Positions 62,401 through 64,000 of a stretch of 64,000 bases of DNA are shown in pieces. Made by a program: the position numbers and the translations under genes. The stretch spans positions 62,001 through 126,000 of the forward strand of contig NOWV01000186.1 in NCBI GenBank assembly GCA_003344405.1, given 5' to 3'. The first letter of the stretch is position 1; each line of letters begins with the position of its first letter. Source of the DNA: Trichoplax sp. H2 (taxonomy: Eukaryota). Under the pieces are notes generated by a model, which was given only the letters and a program-made list of their open reading frames with translations, did no database searches and was not told the origin of the DNA.

Positions 62401-64000
62401 TCTTGAGATGCAAGTACATATAATCAGTAGTCTTGAATAATACCGTTGTAATATGCTATATCTAAAAACAATCTTGAAATATACTATTTACTACTGATAT
62501 GCATAAGTACTGTGGCGATGAAAAAGGTAAAAGTTTATTCTAGTAAAGGAAATCCAGTAGTATATTCAAAGTTATCATGATTGATGCTTAAAAAAATTGA
62601 TTTCATGTAATTTACATGTAATCAGTAGTCTTATATGGTACTATTGTAATATACTATATCTAAAATGATCCTGGCATAAATAATCAGTAGTCTTGAATAG
62701 TACTGTTGTAATATGCTATATCTAAAAATGATCTTGTGATATACTATTGACCGCTGATATACATATGTAATACGGTGATGAGAAAAAGTAAAAATTTATT
62801 TTAGTAAAGTAAACACAATAATATATTCGAAGCTTTCATGATTGATGCTAAAAAATTAATTTCTGAAATATTGAATGTACAGGGACTATAGTACTTGAAG
62901 TATTCTATCAAATATGTAATAGTAAGGATAGAACTGTTTTAATTTCTTTTTCAATGTACGGTCTAATAAAAGGACCTTGGGCAAAATCAAGTCTACATTC
63001 TCCATCAGTCGATCTGCATCAGATTAGTAATGATTTTTAGAGTCGATCCACATAGAAGATGTCTATATTATTTCACTATAAGTCAAGTAATATCTTTATA
63101 GAATCCTGTACAATACTTACATTATATTCTCTCTCCATAAAGCAATCTTTATCAGGTCAGTAACGATTTTAGAGTCGATTTACATAAAAGATATCTATAC
63201 GTACTTTCACTAAAAGTCTGGTAATATCTTTTAAGAACTCTATGCAATAATTAATTTATAAGCTCTCTTCATGAATCATTCTTCATCGGCTTAGTAATGA
63301 TTTTTATTTCAATCTATTTATATAGAAGATGAATATATTTACTTCACCAAAGGCTAATAATGCCGCTAAGAGTGATAAAGAGGTGATGTGATATTAATTG
63401 AAATTTTAGCCGAATTTCAGATTTTTTTAGCATGATTGCGTAATCCTAGAATATGCAGTGGTTTAATTGAAATTGCGATATGGACATTAACAATCTTTTA
63501 TTACTTTTTCCCTAGGTCTAAACCTTCGTCATGCCCATTATAACCGATTTTTTTCATGAATAATGCATCTCATCTTCAAATAAACAAAGTCTAGAGATAC
63601 AATTTAAAAGATTATAGTCCAGTATTTCCATAAGTATCGCCAAATGTACGTTAACTAGTAATTACTATTGCCTCTTTACGATTGGATTCTCAAGAAATTA
63701 TACAATATATTATAATTTAGCATGTAAATGCATGTACAAGATATTATACGCATATTTTTGCCGCAGTTACTCCTAAAGGTTGAAAATTAATGGGAAATAC
63801 TATGCAGTCCTAACTATAAAATATTATAACTTTAGGATATGATCAAGTTAAAGTATTTTACCTGCTTTAAAAATTATATTACAAACAGATGATGGATGTG
63901 ATCATATATGCTTTGCTTTTAGCGATAGTTGATTTACCTTAATAAGATCCATCTTTGAGAAGAATTCGCTAATGAGGATATTTTGTCGATCTCTGGCTCG
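59454..64000 (-). CDS. PNPLA-like patatin lipase (copy 3), 5' end beyond the window; exons >64000-63938, 61881-61816, 61564-61282, 61109-60903, 60765-60648, 60510-60400, 60079-59970, 59773-59454
   Basis: Motifs QNILISEFFSKMDLIK, CSCFVPFWSG, RYLDGGISDNHP, SPFVGDGMICP and LCQQGFEDALEYL. Exon sizes and phases match the paralogs, and the frame is open to the stop at 59454. The GxSxG motif lies outside the window. Confidence 0.85.
62200..62865. repeat. Intronic minisatellite, ~71-bp unit (six copies) with higher-order structure
   Basis: Core AATCAGTAGTCTTGAAT...TTGTAATATGCTATATCTAAAAAT.ATCTTG. TTGAAT recurs at 62220, 62291, 62362 and 62433 (period 71), with two more copies at ~62620 and ~62682. 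Each block is followed by a homologous ~130-bp tail. Confidence 0.9.
63017..63365. repeat. Intronic tandem repeat, ~134-bp unit, about 2.5 diverged copies
   Basis: AGTAA.GATTTT.AGAGTCGAT..ACATA.AAGAT.TCTATA...TTTCACTA.AAGTC..GTAATATCTTT occurs at ~63026 and ~63159, with a more diverged copy at ~63293. Confidence 0.75.

Noticed and set aside
62200..62865. CRISPR-like repeat-spacer array
   Set aside because: The repeats are degenerate, the linkers are short and related to one another, the array is inside a spliceosomal intron, and there are no cas genes. It is a minisatellite.

Overview
AT-rich, compact eukaryotic DNA with short GT-AG introns and animal-type genes. The style suggests a placozoan such as Trichoplax; this is an inference and is not verified. 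The left part (1-26 kb) holds tandem paralog arrays with almost intronless coding regions: two Sel1-like-repeat genes built from three copies of a ~500-aa module, two RDH8/HSD17B1-type short-chain dehydrogenases, and three 26/29-kDa-type (CfaD-like) cathepsin L proteases. The right part (27-64 kb, all on the minus strand) holds intron-rich genes: three PNPLA2/ATGL-like patatin lipases, a cytosolic carboxypeptidase (AGBL2/3-like tubulin deglutamylase) and a peroxisomal 4CL/luciferase-like acyl-CoA synthetase ending in SKL. Main observations: (1) the middle patatin paralog stops at the end of the patatin domain, has altered catalytic motifs, and its downstream exons are decaying; (2) the first cathepsin and first lipase share an upstream module (ACAGTACTGT palindrome plus ACTCACGTGAT E-box); (3) paired RFX X-box-like sites lie upstream of the carboxypeptidase; (4) the window is rich in hydrolytic and lipid-handling enzymes. 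Exon boundaries were read by eye. No rRNA, tRNA, CRISPR array or transposase was found.
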